64,000 nucleotides of DNA, taken from NCBI RefSeq assembly GCF_006345805.1, contig NC_043001.1, positions 99,510,001 to 99,574,000 on the forward strand, given 5' to 3'. The notes beneath the pieces were generated by a model. That model was not told the origin of the DNA, did no database searches, and saw only the letters and a program-made list of their open reading frames with translations. Source of the DNA: Octopus sinensis (Eukaryota). Below, one piece after another: positions 27,309 to 44,289 of the stretch (positions are counted from its first letter, which is position 1; the number at the start of each line of letters is the position of its first letter). Made by a program: the position numbers and the translations under genes.

Positions 27309-27359
27309 ATATATTTAAAAAATAGGATAAAATCTTAAGAAATTATCAAATAGTTAGCG

Positions 27360-27405
<46 letters not shown>

Positions 27406-27450
27406 GGATAAAATCTTAATAAGAAATTATCAAGTAGTTAGCGTCTCATA
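27224..27450. repeat. Three copies of a ~52-bp unit separated by (TA)n
   Basis: aaaataggataaaatcttaa(taa)gaaattatcaa(g/a)tagttagcg(c/t)ct(t/c)ata at about 27228, 27318 and 27400. Confidence 0.9.
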
Positions 27451-27739
27451 TATATATTGGTTTGTAATCAAGCTATTTTCTTCTCAATTACATGGTGTCA
27501 GGTTCATCACCATTGCATGGCAATTTGGGTTGTGTTTTCTATCATAATGGCCTGAGGCTGACCAATGCACAGTGAGTGAATCTTGTAGAGGGAGACTAAA
27601 CAATAGTCGTTGTCTCTTGAATAGGTTGCAAGACGCAATGAAAATTTTAAATTAAGTAAGTTAATGAGTGGAAATAAAACCGGTGTGTGTGTTAAATTAA
27701 TAAGGCACTAAAAGAGAATGACTCTCCCCAGGTACAATA

Positions 27740-27774
<35 letters not shown>

Positions 27775-27804
27775 CATACATAACTCTCTGCAACTCTCCA
27801 AAAT

Positions 27805-28408
27805 TTTTCAGCTTCAAAGCTGTGGTCATGCTGGTGTACCACTGGTGACTGAGCAACACCATTATTTGAAACCTCCTCTGATATGTGGCATTTAGTCAAT
27901 GAGGGAATTTGATGTCACTGCCCTCTTGTGTTTCCTGCTGTGAGCTAGGCTCATCTGGAACCCTTGACAGGAATAGATCCAGTTTTGCTTTAAAGAAACT
28001 TACATCCACACCATGCAGGTCTCTCAGGCATTTTGGAAGGATACTGAAGAGCTGTAGCCACTGAAGCCCAAACTGTTGCAGTAACTGGTCATATATTTTG
28101 ATGGCGATGCTGAGATATTTGGAACAATGCAATGGCACCTTGTTCTGCAGTTTGAGTATCTTTCAGTACCAAAGTTTGGTACAAGGCCTTCCTGGATTTT
28201 CCAGATGTATATCAGTGTATATCTTTCCTGCTTTCATTTTACGGAGATGAGTTCTAATTCTTTCAGTATTTCCCAGTAGCTGATATGCTGCATTGAGATG
28301 ATTTTTTTTTAGTATAGCTTTGTTGGATTGCTTCAATTTCGACTATGAATTTTATATTGTGTGGTGACCATAGTTGAGAGCAGTAGTGCTGAGGATGTAT
28401 GTCCTCCA
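27805..28408 (-). mobile_element. 3' fragment of CR1-like LINE
   Basis: LPKCLRDLHGVDVSFFKAKLDLFLSRVPDEP and the shared tail gctgtggtcatgctgg. Confidence 0.85.
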
Positions 28409-28409
28409 A

Positions 28410-32350
<3,941 letters not shown>

Positions 32351-32353
32351 ATA

Positions 32354-33535
32354 CATCATCGTTATTTAATGTCTGCTTTCCATGCTGGCATGGTTTGACT
32401 GAGGGTTGGTGAGCCAGAAGGCTGCACCAGGCTCCAATCTTATCTGGCAATGTTTCTACAGCTATATGCCCTTCTTAATGCCAACCACTCTGAGAGTGTA
32501 GTGGGTGCTTTTTATGTACCACTGGCATGAGGGCCAGTCACGTGATACTGGCATCGGCTATGACAATGACTTCACTTGCCTCAACAGGTCTTTGCAAGTG
32601 CAATTTATTGCCCAATGATTGCAGGGTACTCTTAAATGGGTTGGTTATGTTGCATTGGCATAGGCCATGGTTACAGTCACACTTGGCTTGCCGGGTCTTC
32701 TCAAGCACAGCATATCTTCAATGGTCTCTGTCACTTGTCATTGCTTTGGTGACGCCCACATTCGAAGGTTGAGCTTCACCACCTCATCTCAGGTCTTCTT
32801 GGGTCTATTCATTCACAAGTTCCCTCCACTGCTAGGGTGTGACACTTTTTCACCCATTTGTCCTCATCCATATGCAACACATGACCAAACCAGTGTAGTC
32901 ATCCCTCTTGCACACTACATCTGATGCTTCTTATGTCCAACTTTTCTCTCAGGGTGCTTACACTCTGTCACTTATGCACACTAACATTACACATACTAGC
33001 TTCATTCCTTGTAAGCTTATGCATGTTCTCAACAGTCATGGTCCATGTTTCACTGCCACGTAGCATGGCTGTTCACATACATGCATCATACAGTCTACCT
33101 TTCACTCTCAGCGAGAGCCCTTTGTCACCAGCGGAGGGAGGAGCTCTCTAAACTTTGCCTAGGCTATTCTTATTCTAGCAGCTACACTTTCAAAGCAACT
33201 GCCTTCGCTACTGACTTGGTCACCTAGGTAACGGAAGTTATCAACTACTTGTAGTCTTTCCCCATGGAATGTGACAGGCTGTTTTCTGCACATTATTAGT
33301 GTTCATAGTCCCTGACCATTTGCCATACACAAAATCTATCTTCCCAGTTAGCCTTCCTTTGATATTGCTGCACCTCTTATATGTCATAGCTTACACTGGG
33401 TACATCTTAAGAAGTTTCTACCTACGCCTTTACTACAGATTGAGCAAGGCCATCTACCTGGAGGGATTTGTGGTTTGTCTGCATTCCTACTTATTAACGA
33501 TTGGTTTTTGCTAGATTGACTCTCAGGCCCTTTGA
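32354..33535 (-). mobile_element. 5'-truncated RTE LINE, decayed
   Basis: (GAT)n tail. Encodes GRWPCSICSKGVGRN.LRCTQCKL and RYLGDQVS; paralogous to 57676-58972. Confidence 0.88.
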
Positions 33536-33544
33536 TTCTAGGCT

Positions 33545-34206
33545 ATATATATGTATATGTATATATATATGTACGTATATGAATATAAATATGTATGTAT
33601 ATGAATATATGTATGTATATGAATATATATATGTATACGAATGTATGTATATGAATATATATATGTATACGAATGTATATATATGAATATATATATGTAT
33701 ACGAATGTATATATATTTATATATGTATGTATATATATTTATATATGTATGTATATGTATTTATATATATTTATATATGTATATATATTTATGTATGTAT
33801 GTATATATATATGTTTGTATGTACGTATATGTATGTATGTATATATATGTATGTATGTACGTATATATATTATGTATGTACGTATATGTATGTATGTACG
33901 TATATGTATGTATGTACATATATGTATGTATGTACGTATATATGTGTATGTATGTACATGTGTATGTATGTACATATGTGTATGTATGTACATATGTGTA
34001 TGTATGTACATATGTGTATGTACATATGTGTATGTATGTACATATATGTATGTACATATGTATATGTATGTACATATGTATATGTATGTACATATGTGTA
34101 TGTATGTACATATGTGTATGTATGTACATATATGTATGTATGCATATATGTATGTATGCATGCATATATGCATGCATGCATATATGCATATATGTATGCA
34201 TATATG

Positions 34207-34237
<31 letters not shown>

Positions 34238-34625
34238 GTATATGTATGTATGTATATGTATGTATGTATATATGTATGTGTATATATATATATGTATCAT
34301 CATCATCATTTAGTGTCCGTTCTCCATGCTAGCATGGGTTGGACGGTTCAACTGGGGTCTGTGAAGCTGGAAGGCTTCATCAGGCCCAGTCAGATCTGGC
34401 AGTGTTTCTACGGCTGGATGCCCTTCCTAACGCCAACATATGTATGTGTATATATATATATGTATGTATGTATGTGTATATGTATATATGTATGTGTATA
34501 TGTATATATGTATGTATGTGTTATATGTATATATGTATGTGTATATGTATGTATATATATGTATGTGTATATGTATGTATATATATGTATGTGTATATGT
34601 ATGTATATATATATATGTAAATATC
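33545..34625. repeat. TATG/TACA/TACG array with an RTE 3' tail inserted at about 34297-34438 (-)
   Basis: Simple repeats interrupted by catcatcatcatttagtgtccgttctccatgctagcatgggttggacgg. Confidence 0.9.
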
Positions 34626-34869
34626 TATGTATGTAGTGGTTGTCTATTCCTTATGCAGAGTTTGACCAACACCTGTCCCTACACTTTAGCACCATCAGTG
34701 CATCTGAAGTAGCTTTTTAAACCAAACAATGTTTTGAAAAGACACCCACGTAGATTGCACATGTGATTTGGACTACCATGTGCTGCATATAAGTTCTGAT
34801 CTTTGTGGATTTTAAAATGTCTTTTGAGCCCTCCATTAGATTTGCAAATATAGTATATACTGCATTTTC

Positions 34870-35186
34870 AATGGGTTCGCAAATGAGATTTGAGCCCAGC
34901 AAAAGGCAGGCATGGTCTGGCACAAACTGCACACAGAAAGGTCATTCACATTCACCTTCTTTATCGTAGCAGTCTTCCTTAGATCTCCTTTGAGTCTTAC
35001 ATGCGTTATCCTGGCCTCTTCAAATGCATTCACTCCACTTCACATGTTTGTTTGCCATCCAACTAGATCCAAAGCAAGCGTTTCTATGTCTTCTGGATCC
35101 AATCCAAGTGACTTCATTGTAGTCCTTATGCAGTCTGTTTACCTGTTTTTAGGTTTACAGGGATAGTGTTTCCCCTCTGCAAGCTC
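34870..35186 (-). mobile_element. RTE (BovB-like) ORF2 C-terminal remnant
   Basis: ELAEGKH..CKPKN..DCIRTTMKSLGLDPEDIETLALD.VGW...GVNAFEEARITHVRLK...CSLC. Confidence 0.75.
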
Positions 35187-35237
35187 ATATAATATGTGTG
35201 TGTGTGTATATGTATGTGTATATATATGTACATGTGT

Positions 35238-35519
35238 AGAGGCGCAATGGCCCAGTGGTTAGGGCAGCGGGCTTGCGGCCGTAGGATCGCGGTTTTGATT
35301 CCCAGACTGGGCGTTGTGATTGTTTATTGAGCAAAAACACCTAAAACTCCACGAGACTCCGGTAGTGGGTGGTGGTGATCCCTGCTGTACTCTTTCGTCG
35401 CAACTTTCTCTCAATCTTCCTCTCAGCTGGGTGGCATCATTTGCAGGCTAAAACAATGTGAAGCGCATTTTGACCATCGATGTGTAGCAACATCTGATAG
35501 CCTGGTTGGTCACGTGATA
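35238..35519 (+). mobile_element. tRNA-derived SINE (family B)
   Basis: A-box tggcccagtgg, B-box-like ggttttgattcc; tail matches 1150-1250. Confidence 0.85.
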
Positions 35520-35550
<31 letters not shown>

Positions 35551-35833
35551 GTGTGTGTATGTATATACATATGTATATGTGTATGCATATGTATTTACAT
35601 ATGTATATGTGTGTATATACATATATATATTTGTATGTGTACATATGTGTATATATATGTGTGTGTATGTATATATGTGTATTTACATATGTATATGTGT
35701 ATATATATAGGTGTGTGTATATATATATATATATATACACACACACAGACACGTACATGTATGTCTACATGTGTATATACATATATACATGCACGTGTGT
35801 ATGTATATATAGTGCGTATGTCTGAATACTTAC

Positions 35834-35977
35834 CTCCATGACTTAAAAACATTGAAATTTGTTGGTGATTCCCTGTCAACGAATCATTTGCTTGCTCTGC
35901 AATTTTGATGACATCGCTTAACAAAATCTTTTCCTTGGAAAATAGGTGAGCGTTAGAAGCTGGAAGGGTATCTAGCC
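35834..35977 (-). CDS. Candidate 144-nt exon of an unidentified gene (duplicate at 36428-36571)
   Basis: Acceptor ctgttctttttctttAG, donor GAG|GTAAGT. Open only in phase 1-1: LDTLPASNAHLFSKEKILLSDVIKIAEQANDSLTGNHQQISMFLSHG. Product not recognised. Confidence 0.5.
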
Positions 35978-36075
35978 CTAAAGAAAAAGAACAGTTTCTC
36001 AATAAACTGTGCATGCATTTAATGCATACTAGCATGGAAATAGAGACCTAAAGCAAAGAATGTGAGTGTACTTAC

Positions 36076-36258
36076 CATCTGGAGATTAACAACAATTATT
36101 CAAAGTCCTCAGTGCTAGAGATGTCAAGTAGAGTATAGTACAAAATTTAGATGTATTCAAGATTTCTTGTAGAGATAATCCTATTTTGCAGATCAGATTT
36201 GTTGCTGTTGAGAGGGCGAAGAAGTTACCTCCATCAGTTTTATTGAATAAATCTGCAT
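36076..36258 (-). pseudogene. Candidate 183-nt exon with one in-frame TAA (duplicate at 36670-36852)
   Basis: Donor ATG|GTAAGT, weak acceptor. A 98-nt intron joins it in frame to 35977; TAA at 36086-36088. Confidence 0.35.
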
Positions 36259-36894
36259 CTTGTATATATGTAAATGGGCGTATGTTTGTGTGTTCCTGCG
36301 TATATATATATATATATATAATATATATATACACACACACAGACACGTACATGTATGTCTACATGTGTATATACATATATACATGCACGTGTGTATGTAT
36401 ATATAGTGCGTATGTCTGAATACTTACCTCCATGACTTAAAAACATTGAAATTTGTTGGTGATTCCCTGTCAACGAATCATTTGCTTGCTCTGCAATTTT
36501 GATGACATCGCTTAACAAAATCTTTTCCTTGGAAAATAGGTGAGCGTTAGAAGCTGGAAGGGTATCTAGCCCTAAAGAAAAAGAACAGTTTCTCAATAAA
36601 CTGTGCATGCATTTAATGCATACTAGCATGGAAATAGAGACCTAAAGCAAAGAATGTGAGTGTACTTACCATCTGGAGATTAACAACAATTATTCAAAGT
36701 CCTCAGTGCTAGAGATGTCAAGTAGAGTATAGTACAAAATTTAGATGTATTCAAGATTTCTTGTAGAGATAATCCTATTTTGCAGATCAGATTTGTTGCT
36801 GTTGAGAGGGCGAAGAAGTTACCTCCATCAGTTTTATTGAATAAATCTGCATCTTGTATATATGTAAATGGGCGTATGTTTGTGTGTTCCTGCG

Positions 36895-36927
<33 letters not shown>

Positions 36928-37421
36928 GTGTATATAAAACGAATTATGAACAAGTTGTAATAGAAGAAAGCCTCAGTTGCAAATACATGAATTCACATTT
37001 ACTCTCTCTGTCTTATATGTATCACATGTAATCTTGTGAAATGGTGGGTAAGGTTATATGTGCATATATGAAGTCCCACAATGAACATATTCACTTACTG
37101 ATGCAGTTATTCTTAATAGATAGAGCTGGTAACTTATAGATAAATTATTGAACTGTGTCTTAAAACAACAATTGACATTTTTTTTATGAGCTTTAATTTA
37201 TGATATTATAATTGGTTATTGTTGTAGGTAGGTAATTTTATACAATGTTAACATCGCCATTTGAATCAATAGTCAATCTGAGTTTTATGTGTATGTGTGG
37301 GAGGGTGCATATCTATGTGTGCATGTATACATACATGAAGTAAATACACCCCCCCCCCAAAGTTACATATTCAAATGTATTGTATAAATTCTCTCTCTCC
37401 ACACACATATAATTATTATTA

Positions 37422-40260
37422 AGGTGCTGAGCTGGCAGAACTGTTACCACACTGAGCAGTAATTTCTTCTCACTCTTTACATTCTGAGTTCAAATTCCAC
37501 CAAGGTCAGCTTTGCTTTCCATATCTTTTGGGGTTGATAGCATAAGTTCCTTTTGCCCTGTGGTCAATTTAATCACCTTACCTAAAATTGCTGGCCTTGA
37601 GCCAAAATTTGAAACCATTATTATTATTACTATTACTACTACTACTACAATAAGGAAGGCAGCAAGCTGGCAGAACCATTAGCAAGCCAGGCAAAATGTT
37701 AGCATTTCAAACCTTCTTTATGATCTGGGTTCAAATTATGTCGAGGTTGACTTTGCTTTTCATCCTTTCGGTGTCGATAAACTAAGGACCAGTCAATGTA
37801 CTCAACTAGTCCCTTCCCTCTTTCCCCACAAATTTCAGGCCTTGTGCCTATTATAGAAAGGAATATTATTTCTATAAGGGTGATGGATTAGCAGAAACCT
37901 TAAATCTTCGGACAAAATGCTTTCTGATCTTTGTTCTGGCTCTTTACATTCTTAGCTCCAATTCTGCTGAGAGTAACTTCATGTTCATCTTTCTGGAGTC
38001 AGTTTAATTGACTAACCCTCTTCTCCACAAATTTGTGGTTTTGTGCCTATATTTTAAACAAAAAGGGTGGTAGATTAGGTGACTAGCTAAAGCATTAGAC
38101 AAAATGTGCTTTGATATTTATTCTGGTTCTTTACGTTCTAAATTCAGATCATGCCTAGGTTAATTTAGTCTTTCATCCTCCGGGGTTGATAAAATACAGT
38201 ACTAAGCCATACCCTTCACAATTGCAGGTCTTGTTTTTGTTATTACCTTTACTACAATATTGAAATTGACTGCTTTTCTAACTGGTAAGTTTCTATTAAG
38301 GTGTGCTTTTCAAGCAAGAAACTCAAAGTAATGGAAAAGTAATACTTGTCTGTATTTGCTGCCAAAGTTAAAAATCAATCTATCTATATACACATATCTT
38401 TGTATATGTGTATGCACACATAAAATGAGCTAAGGGAAAAGATCTCAAATGCACCTAGTATCATTCACTTCTGTAATGAAGTTAATGGGAGATATATCTA
38501 ATGTTGTAAACAAAAAAGCCTCAGTTAGGAAAAGAAAACAAAACCTAACAGCAAGTCTGAAAAGTGAGGGGAGATAGCTTATATGGTGTGAGAAAGAAAA
38601 AAAAGTCTGATCTTGTGCACAAGCAAAGACAACTCAGACATACTTCTGTCTTTTAGACTTCATCAGCACTAGTCTTAATAATAGGGTTTTTTTCTGTTTG
38701 TTTTTTTGCTTCCTCTCTTATATACTCTACAAATTGAATCTTTTATCATGCTGTGTTTATTACTTTTTAGCTGAACAATGGATTGGCAGAATCATGGCTT
38801 TTGATATTCTCTGTTGAAATCCAACCAAAGCCAGTTACATCTTTGATCCCTCTGAAGCTGATAAATTTCTGAGGTTGTTATAATCTATTATCTACTTCCA
38901 ATTTGCTGGCCTTGTTCCTAAATTAGAAGCAATTATTATTCTTTAGCTGGGTGGTGAATTGGCACAATCATTGAAGTGTGAAACAAAATGACTTGTGGTA
39001 TTTGTTTTGTCTTTGTCCTCAGTTTAAATTCTACCATGATCAACTTTACCTTTCATCCCTCTGGGGTTAAGCTGATAAAATATAATACCAGTCAAGTACT
39101 GGGATAAATCTAATCAACTACTCCAGATCTCTGAGCTTGTAACTATGTTAGAATCAATTATTACTCATTAGTTGTGTGTAGAGACAAAATTACTAATTGG
39201 ATATATTAATAAGGCAATGGGTTTTCAATCTTAGCTCTGTTCTGTTGTGTGTGTATATTTCTTTCAATGTTTTTCTTTCCTAGCAGTACATTCAAATTTA
39301 ATTCTATGTGCCTCAATTCTTTTAAATATATTACTAATAGTGAGGAATGGAAGCTAGGTATACCAGAACTTGTGAAGTCATAGCATTTAAAATATAAAAT
39401 GGTTTTGTAATTCTAACTCACTACATAAATGGCTGACTATAAACTCTGGCCTTACATAACCTACATTGGATCCTAGGTCTTTAAAAGACCTTAGTTGTTC
39501 TTCCCTTTTCATTTGTTTATGAATATTTCTTGTATATTTTTTTTAAGGAAGTGAGCTAGCAGAATCATTAGCATGCCAGGCAAAACGTCTCAGCATTTTG
39601 TCTGTTTTTACATTCTGAGTTCAAATTCTGCCATGGTCGACTTTGCCTTTCATCCTTTCAGGGTTGACGAAATAAGTACCAGTTAAGCACTGGGGTTGAT
39701 GTAATTGACTTACCCCTCCCCTGAAATTGCTGGCCTTGTGCCAAAATTTGAAACAAATATTTCTTGTATATTTTAAAATCTCTTACTCTTGGCCAATGGT
39801 TCGGTTTTGTTGTGACTTGTGTTTTGTTCCTGACTCAACTGATTTGAGGAGGGACCCATATGTGCCTTCTCAACATCATATTCAATCTAATTCCTTTTCA
39901 GCTTATTTTGTTTTTTAATGTATGTTGGCTACCTTGCACATTAATTTCTTTATTTTTCATCCTCAACTCCTTCAAATGACCTTATTTTAGTTTACTTATT
40001 GTTATATTATTATTATTATTATAAAAATGGCGGTGGGCTGGAAGAATCATTGGAGTGTCAGAAAAAAAATTGCCTTGTAGAATTTCTTTCTTGCCCTTTA
40101 CATTCTGAGTTCAAATCCTGCTGAAGTTAATTTTGCCTTGTATCCTTCTGGGGTCAATAGAATAAAGTACCAGTCAAGTACTTGGGTCAATGTAATCAAC
40201 TAACCCTGTCTCTCTTCAAAGTTGCTGACCTTGTTCCTAATTCAGAAACAATTATTACTA
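37422..40260 (+). mobile_element. Cluster of eight same-strand SINE-D copies
   Basis: Copies start near 37422, 37656, 37876, 38062, 38775, 38948, 39545 and 40027. Confidence 0.85.
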
Positions 40261-40432
40261 CAGTTTTTTTTTGTTCATCAACTAAAAACAAAAAAAAAAA
40301 AAAAATGAAAATAACATAATTGTTTTTTTTCTTTTATTGCTGTGCAAATAACATTAAAAGTATTCTTGACTAACTTTGCTAAATATTTTGATATTTTGCC
40401 TGCACTATATATATATATATATATATATAATA

Positions 40433-40464
<32 letters not shown>

Positions 40465-40703
40465 CATACATACATGAGAATATCTAAAGTTTCTAGCATT
40501 TTTTCATTGAAGCTGAAATCTGATCCTGTAAACTTGGCATACATGCATGAGCACAAACACACTCAAACACATACACTCTCTCACACATTCATCAAACCAT
40601 GGTCTCTATTTTTTCTTTTTTTAGGTTTCTTTTTCTCAGGCTGTCTTCTGTAAAATTGTATGTCATACAATAGGAAAATTTAGAAAATATTTCATACCTT
40701 ACA

Positions 40704-40748
<45 letters not shown>

Positions 40749-41330
40749 AACTGTGTGTATATACACACACATATATACATAAACATACACATACATATAT
40801 GGTAGCATAGCTTGCATGAAGTGGTGTCTGATACATTTGAATGTTTATGATTTTTTTTTTTATAAAGCCGAAACATTGCAAGTCACTGGAAAATTTTACA
40901 GATCTGTGGTTTGTACTTTTACTTTATATTTCAATATCTGAGAGTTAGAACCCCTTTAGAAAATCTTCTGAGAAAACATGTAGGCTGAGTTTTCTGTTCA
41001 ATAGCATAAATACTGTGTGCCCAAAGCAGTTAAGGTTGTGAGAAGTCAGCTCACAACACCATGTCTCTGGAGATTTCTTGTTGAAAGGGTCCTAACTGTG
41101 ATATATTGAAATACGAGGAGAAGGTACAAACCATCAACTTCTAGTATTTCTTATTGCATTGGCTTTATAAAATAATAAATTAAGAGAAAACACACACACA
41201 TGCATATATATAAATAAATATATGTGTGTGTCTGTATATTTCTATGTGGATATGTATATGCTATATATATATACATATGTGTAAAGATATGTGTTTTTGT
41301 GAGTGAATATACATATATAATGTTTGTGTA

Positions 41331-41361
<31 letters not shown>

Positions 41362-41542
41362 TGTATATGTGTAATGTATATTATATGCATGTATATATGT
41401 GAGTATATATATATATATATATATACATGTCTCTATATTTATACATGCATACATAATGCTTGCATGTAAATGTGTGTGTGTGTGTGTATATGTATATATA
41501 TATATTAGGTTTGGAGGTGATGTACAGATATTATATATATAA

Positions 41543-41870
41543 AGAAAAAAATAAGGTACTCAGAGATCTGGATAGTTGTACATATACAAATATTTATTAA
41601 CATGTCACATGTTTTTACAAATCACATATAAACGCTTTCATCTACTCAAATAGATTCTTGAGATTTAATTTTCGTGAAAGGATTTGTCTCTTTTTATAGT
41701 ATTAGTGAATGACTAATACTATAAAAAGAGACAAATCCCTTCACAAAATTTAAGTCTGAAGAATCTATTAGAGTAGATGAAAGTGCTTATATGTGATTTG
41801 TAAAGACATGTGACATGTTATTATTTGTATATGTACAACCATCCAGATCTCTAAGTACCTTATTTTTTCT
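41543..41870. repeat. Foldback inverted repeat (arms about 160 bp, 5-nt loop) containing hammerhead motifs; probable inverted Penelope-like termini
   Basis: Arms 41543-41706 and 41712-41870, about 90% complementary by eye; innermost 27 bp perfect. Confidence 0.9.
41756..41788 (+). ncRNA. Minimal hammerhead motif with intact core
   Basis: CTGAAGA-atcta(ttagag)tagat-GAAA-gtgc-TT. Stem I is weak next to the core. Confidence 0.6.
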
Positions 41871-44289
41871 AATATATATGTGTGTGTGTATGTATGTATA
41901 TAAAATGTCTCTATATTCATACATATACATGTATACATAATGCTTGCATATATAATGTGTGTATGCATATATAGATAGATAGATACACACAAAAGTATAT
42001 ATATATATAAATCCTCTCTGCCAAATAAATTGCTAGTTAAGTTATTGATTTTGTCAGGGTTAGTATTAGCCTTGATCAATCAGATCTTTGATTTATGCTC
42101 AAAGGCATTCCAGCGATGACCATCTCATTTCATTCTTTTCCACTGATACAATGTATCCAAGGCTACAATATCCAATGTATCCTTTCTTATTTAAGAAGGT
42201 AGTGTGTGATTTGAGGGAGAATTGTCTGCTATTTCTATTTGGTTGTGACTTCCTATAGGTTTCCCCTCTGGCTCATTGCTAGTTAAGTAGTAATGAGTAG
42301 TAGTAGTTTTAGTAGTTGTTGTAATATAGAGCCAGTATAGCAAACAGTTGTATTTAATAATAGAGATAGAACTACTAGTTTAAATTATTATTGGAACTGT
42401 CTATCTTGTCACCAAAGAATTGGCCTTTGGAGATACCCTTGCACCAAATTTCTGACAGTAACGTCCATTAACTCTCTTCAAACCACCCTTTAATAGCAGT
42501 TAAGCAGCATAGCTGGGTGAAGTGAGTAAATTTTTTTCCTGTCAGAATCTAAAGAAGAGTTTGCAAATGAGAGGAGATCAACTCTACTAATGGGCATTGG
42601 CAGTGAATATATTACTGCATTTTAGTTTTATATACTCTCTCACTCTCTCTTGGCTTTTTAGTTTAATATTATGTACCAATGCTATATACAGTGGTCAGTT
42701 CAAATCCCCTTTACCCTTTCCTGCTACAAGCGAAGGAAAAAATTATTGGCCATATGCCAGCCTAGTCACAAAAAAAAAAAAAGGAAATTTTACCAAGATA
42801 TATCCAATGGCCATTGAGAATCTGTGTTATTTATTTTTTATTTTATTTATATCTTGTATTTATGAATATTGTTGTTGTTATAGCATTCTAACCAATCTTC
42901 TCTGGTTCACTTACAGATGAATAATTCTTGCAGTACCAGTGTTAAGGTATAGCTCCCTACCACTGCATTGCCTCCATAATTGTGCGTGTATATAAATAAT
43001 AATAATGTATTAGTTTAATATTTCAACTTACCAACAGCACTTGTCCAACACATTGCAAATATAATGAAATATAAAATACAAGACTTATCCAGTTCTGTTT
43101 TGTTTCATTGTTTTCTTTTTTACTTCATTTTTCTCTATATATCCTTGAAATTATTAACAAATTCATTAGTTTCTTATAACTATATATTATATTACATATT
43201 TATTTAATTTATCTCAACAAGGAAAATTAAATGTTATATATATAAAAAAATCAACAACTGTATAAAATAAACATATTCCTCTGAAAGAAGATGGTTGTGT
43301 ACATGCCTATTTATCTAACAGACATTTAATACAAATATTTATTTGTGGGCTGGGAGGACACACATACAAACTCACACATACAAACATGTTAAGCAAAAAA
43401 CAAAGAAAATATGACTTTAAGCAAACTATTACCCAAAGACTGAAATTGTTCCACAACAGCCTGATAGTTTTAAGGTCAGCACTTCACATAAATGCAAAAG
43501 CATTATATTATATATAATATTCATATATAATATTGGCTTGATCTCACTGCTGTGTGGAACTATTCTCCATTGAACAAACAATATAAAGAGTGTTTTTTTT
43601 CTGTATATTTTTGTTTGTTTTTGTTTTATGATTTAATTTATAAATGTTCAATCCATCAGTTCACTCATCACACTTTCTCAGGCTTAAAAAAAAAAAAAGG
43701 TGGACCTGTGTTCATTCCATGCCTAATGGCTAAAAAAGAGAAGAAAATATGAATTGAAAAAAAGAATTAATAATTTGGTCAATAAGCCTTCTTCCACTTT
43801 TCTATTTTTTTTTTTTGTTAAGGTGCCATACACACACACACAAAAAAAAGAACTACAAAAAATACACACATCCAAGAGACTGCACCATTCATTCCTTAAT
43901 TGGTTTTAGTATAAAGAAATCAATTAAGTAATCAAAGACAGTACTGTTTAGTTTTCCTTTGTTTTTATTTATCTTTTTTATTTTTTCTTGAACTCTGAAA
44001 GTATTAATGGAAGTAGCCAAAACAATTTAAGATTTTATTTGCTGTCCATTAATATATTTTCAAAACATTGTTCATGTGGTTCATTGGATGTTTGTTCTGA
44101 CAACCTCATATTTATATATACAACAAGTTAAAGTGGACTTTGTTATGTTTCGTGTGGAGTTTAAATAAATTATAATTTTTATGACTAAAAAAGAAAACTG
44201 TTTTGTCTTTTAAGTTAGTATTTTTTGGTTTTGGTTGTTTTTTTAAAAACTATTTTTACTGCCATTTTCTTCTTATGCTTGCCTTCTTT

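Larger units (their letters stand above)
35737..36921. repeat. Direct tandem duplication, period 594 bp
   Basis: gacacgtac at 35748 and 36342; cttacc at 36071 and 36665. The copies look identical except for the TA tract. Confidence 0.95.

Noticed and set aside
34717-35166. Protein-like ORFs as host exons
   Set aside because: Explained by a frameshifted RTE ORF2 C-terminus, at least for 34870-35186.
35238-35315. tRNA gene (also the heads at 940, 2695 and 45775)
   Set aside because: A/B boxes are present but the cloverleaf is broken and the sequence continues into SINE bodies.
36076-36078. 3-nt microexon (cAG|ATG|GTAAGT)
   Set aside because: It would bypass the TAA in phase, but there is no real pyrimidine tract or upstream UGC motif. 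Unsupported without RNA data.
40575-40670. Exon-like KRNLKKEKIETMV segment
   Set aside because: An adjacent frame reads KKRKNR-PWFDECVRE, a LINE ORF2 linker motif, so it is probably a tiny LINE remnant.
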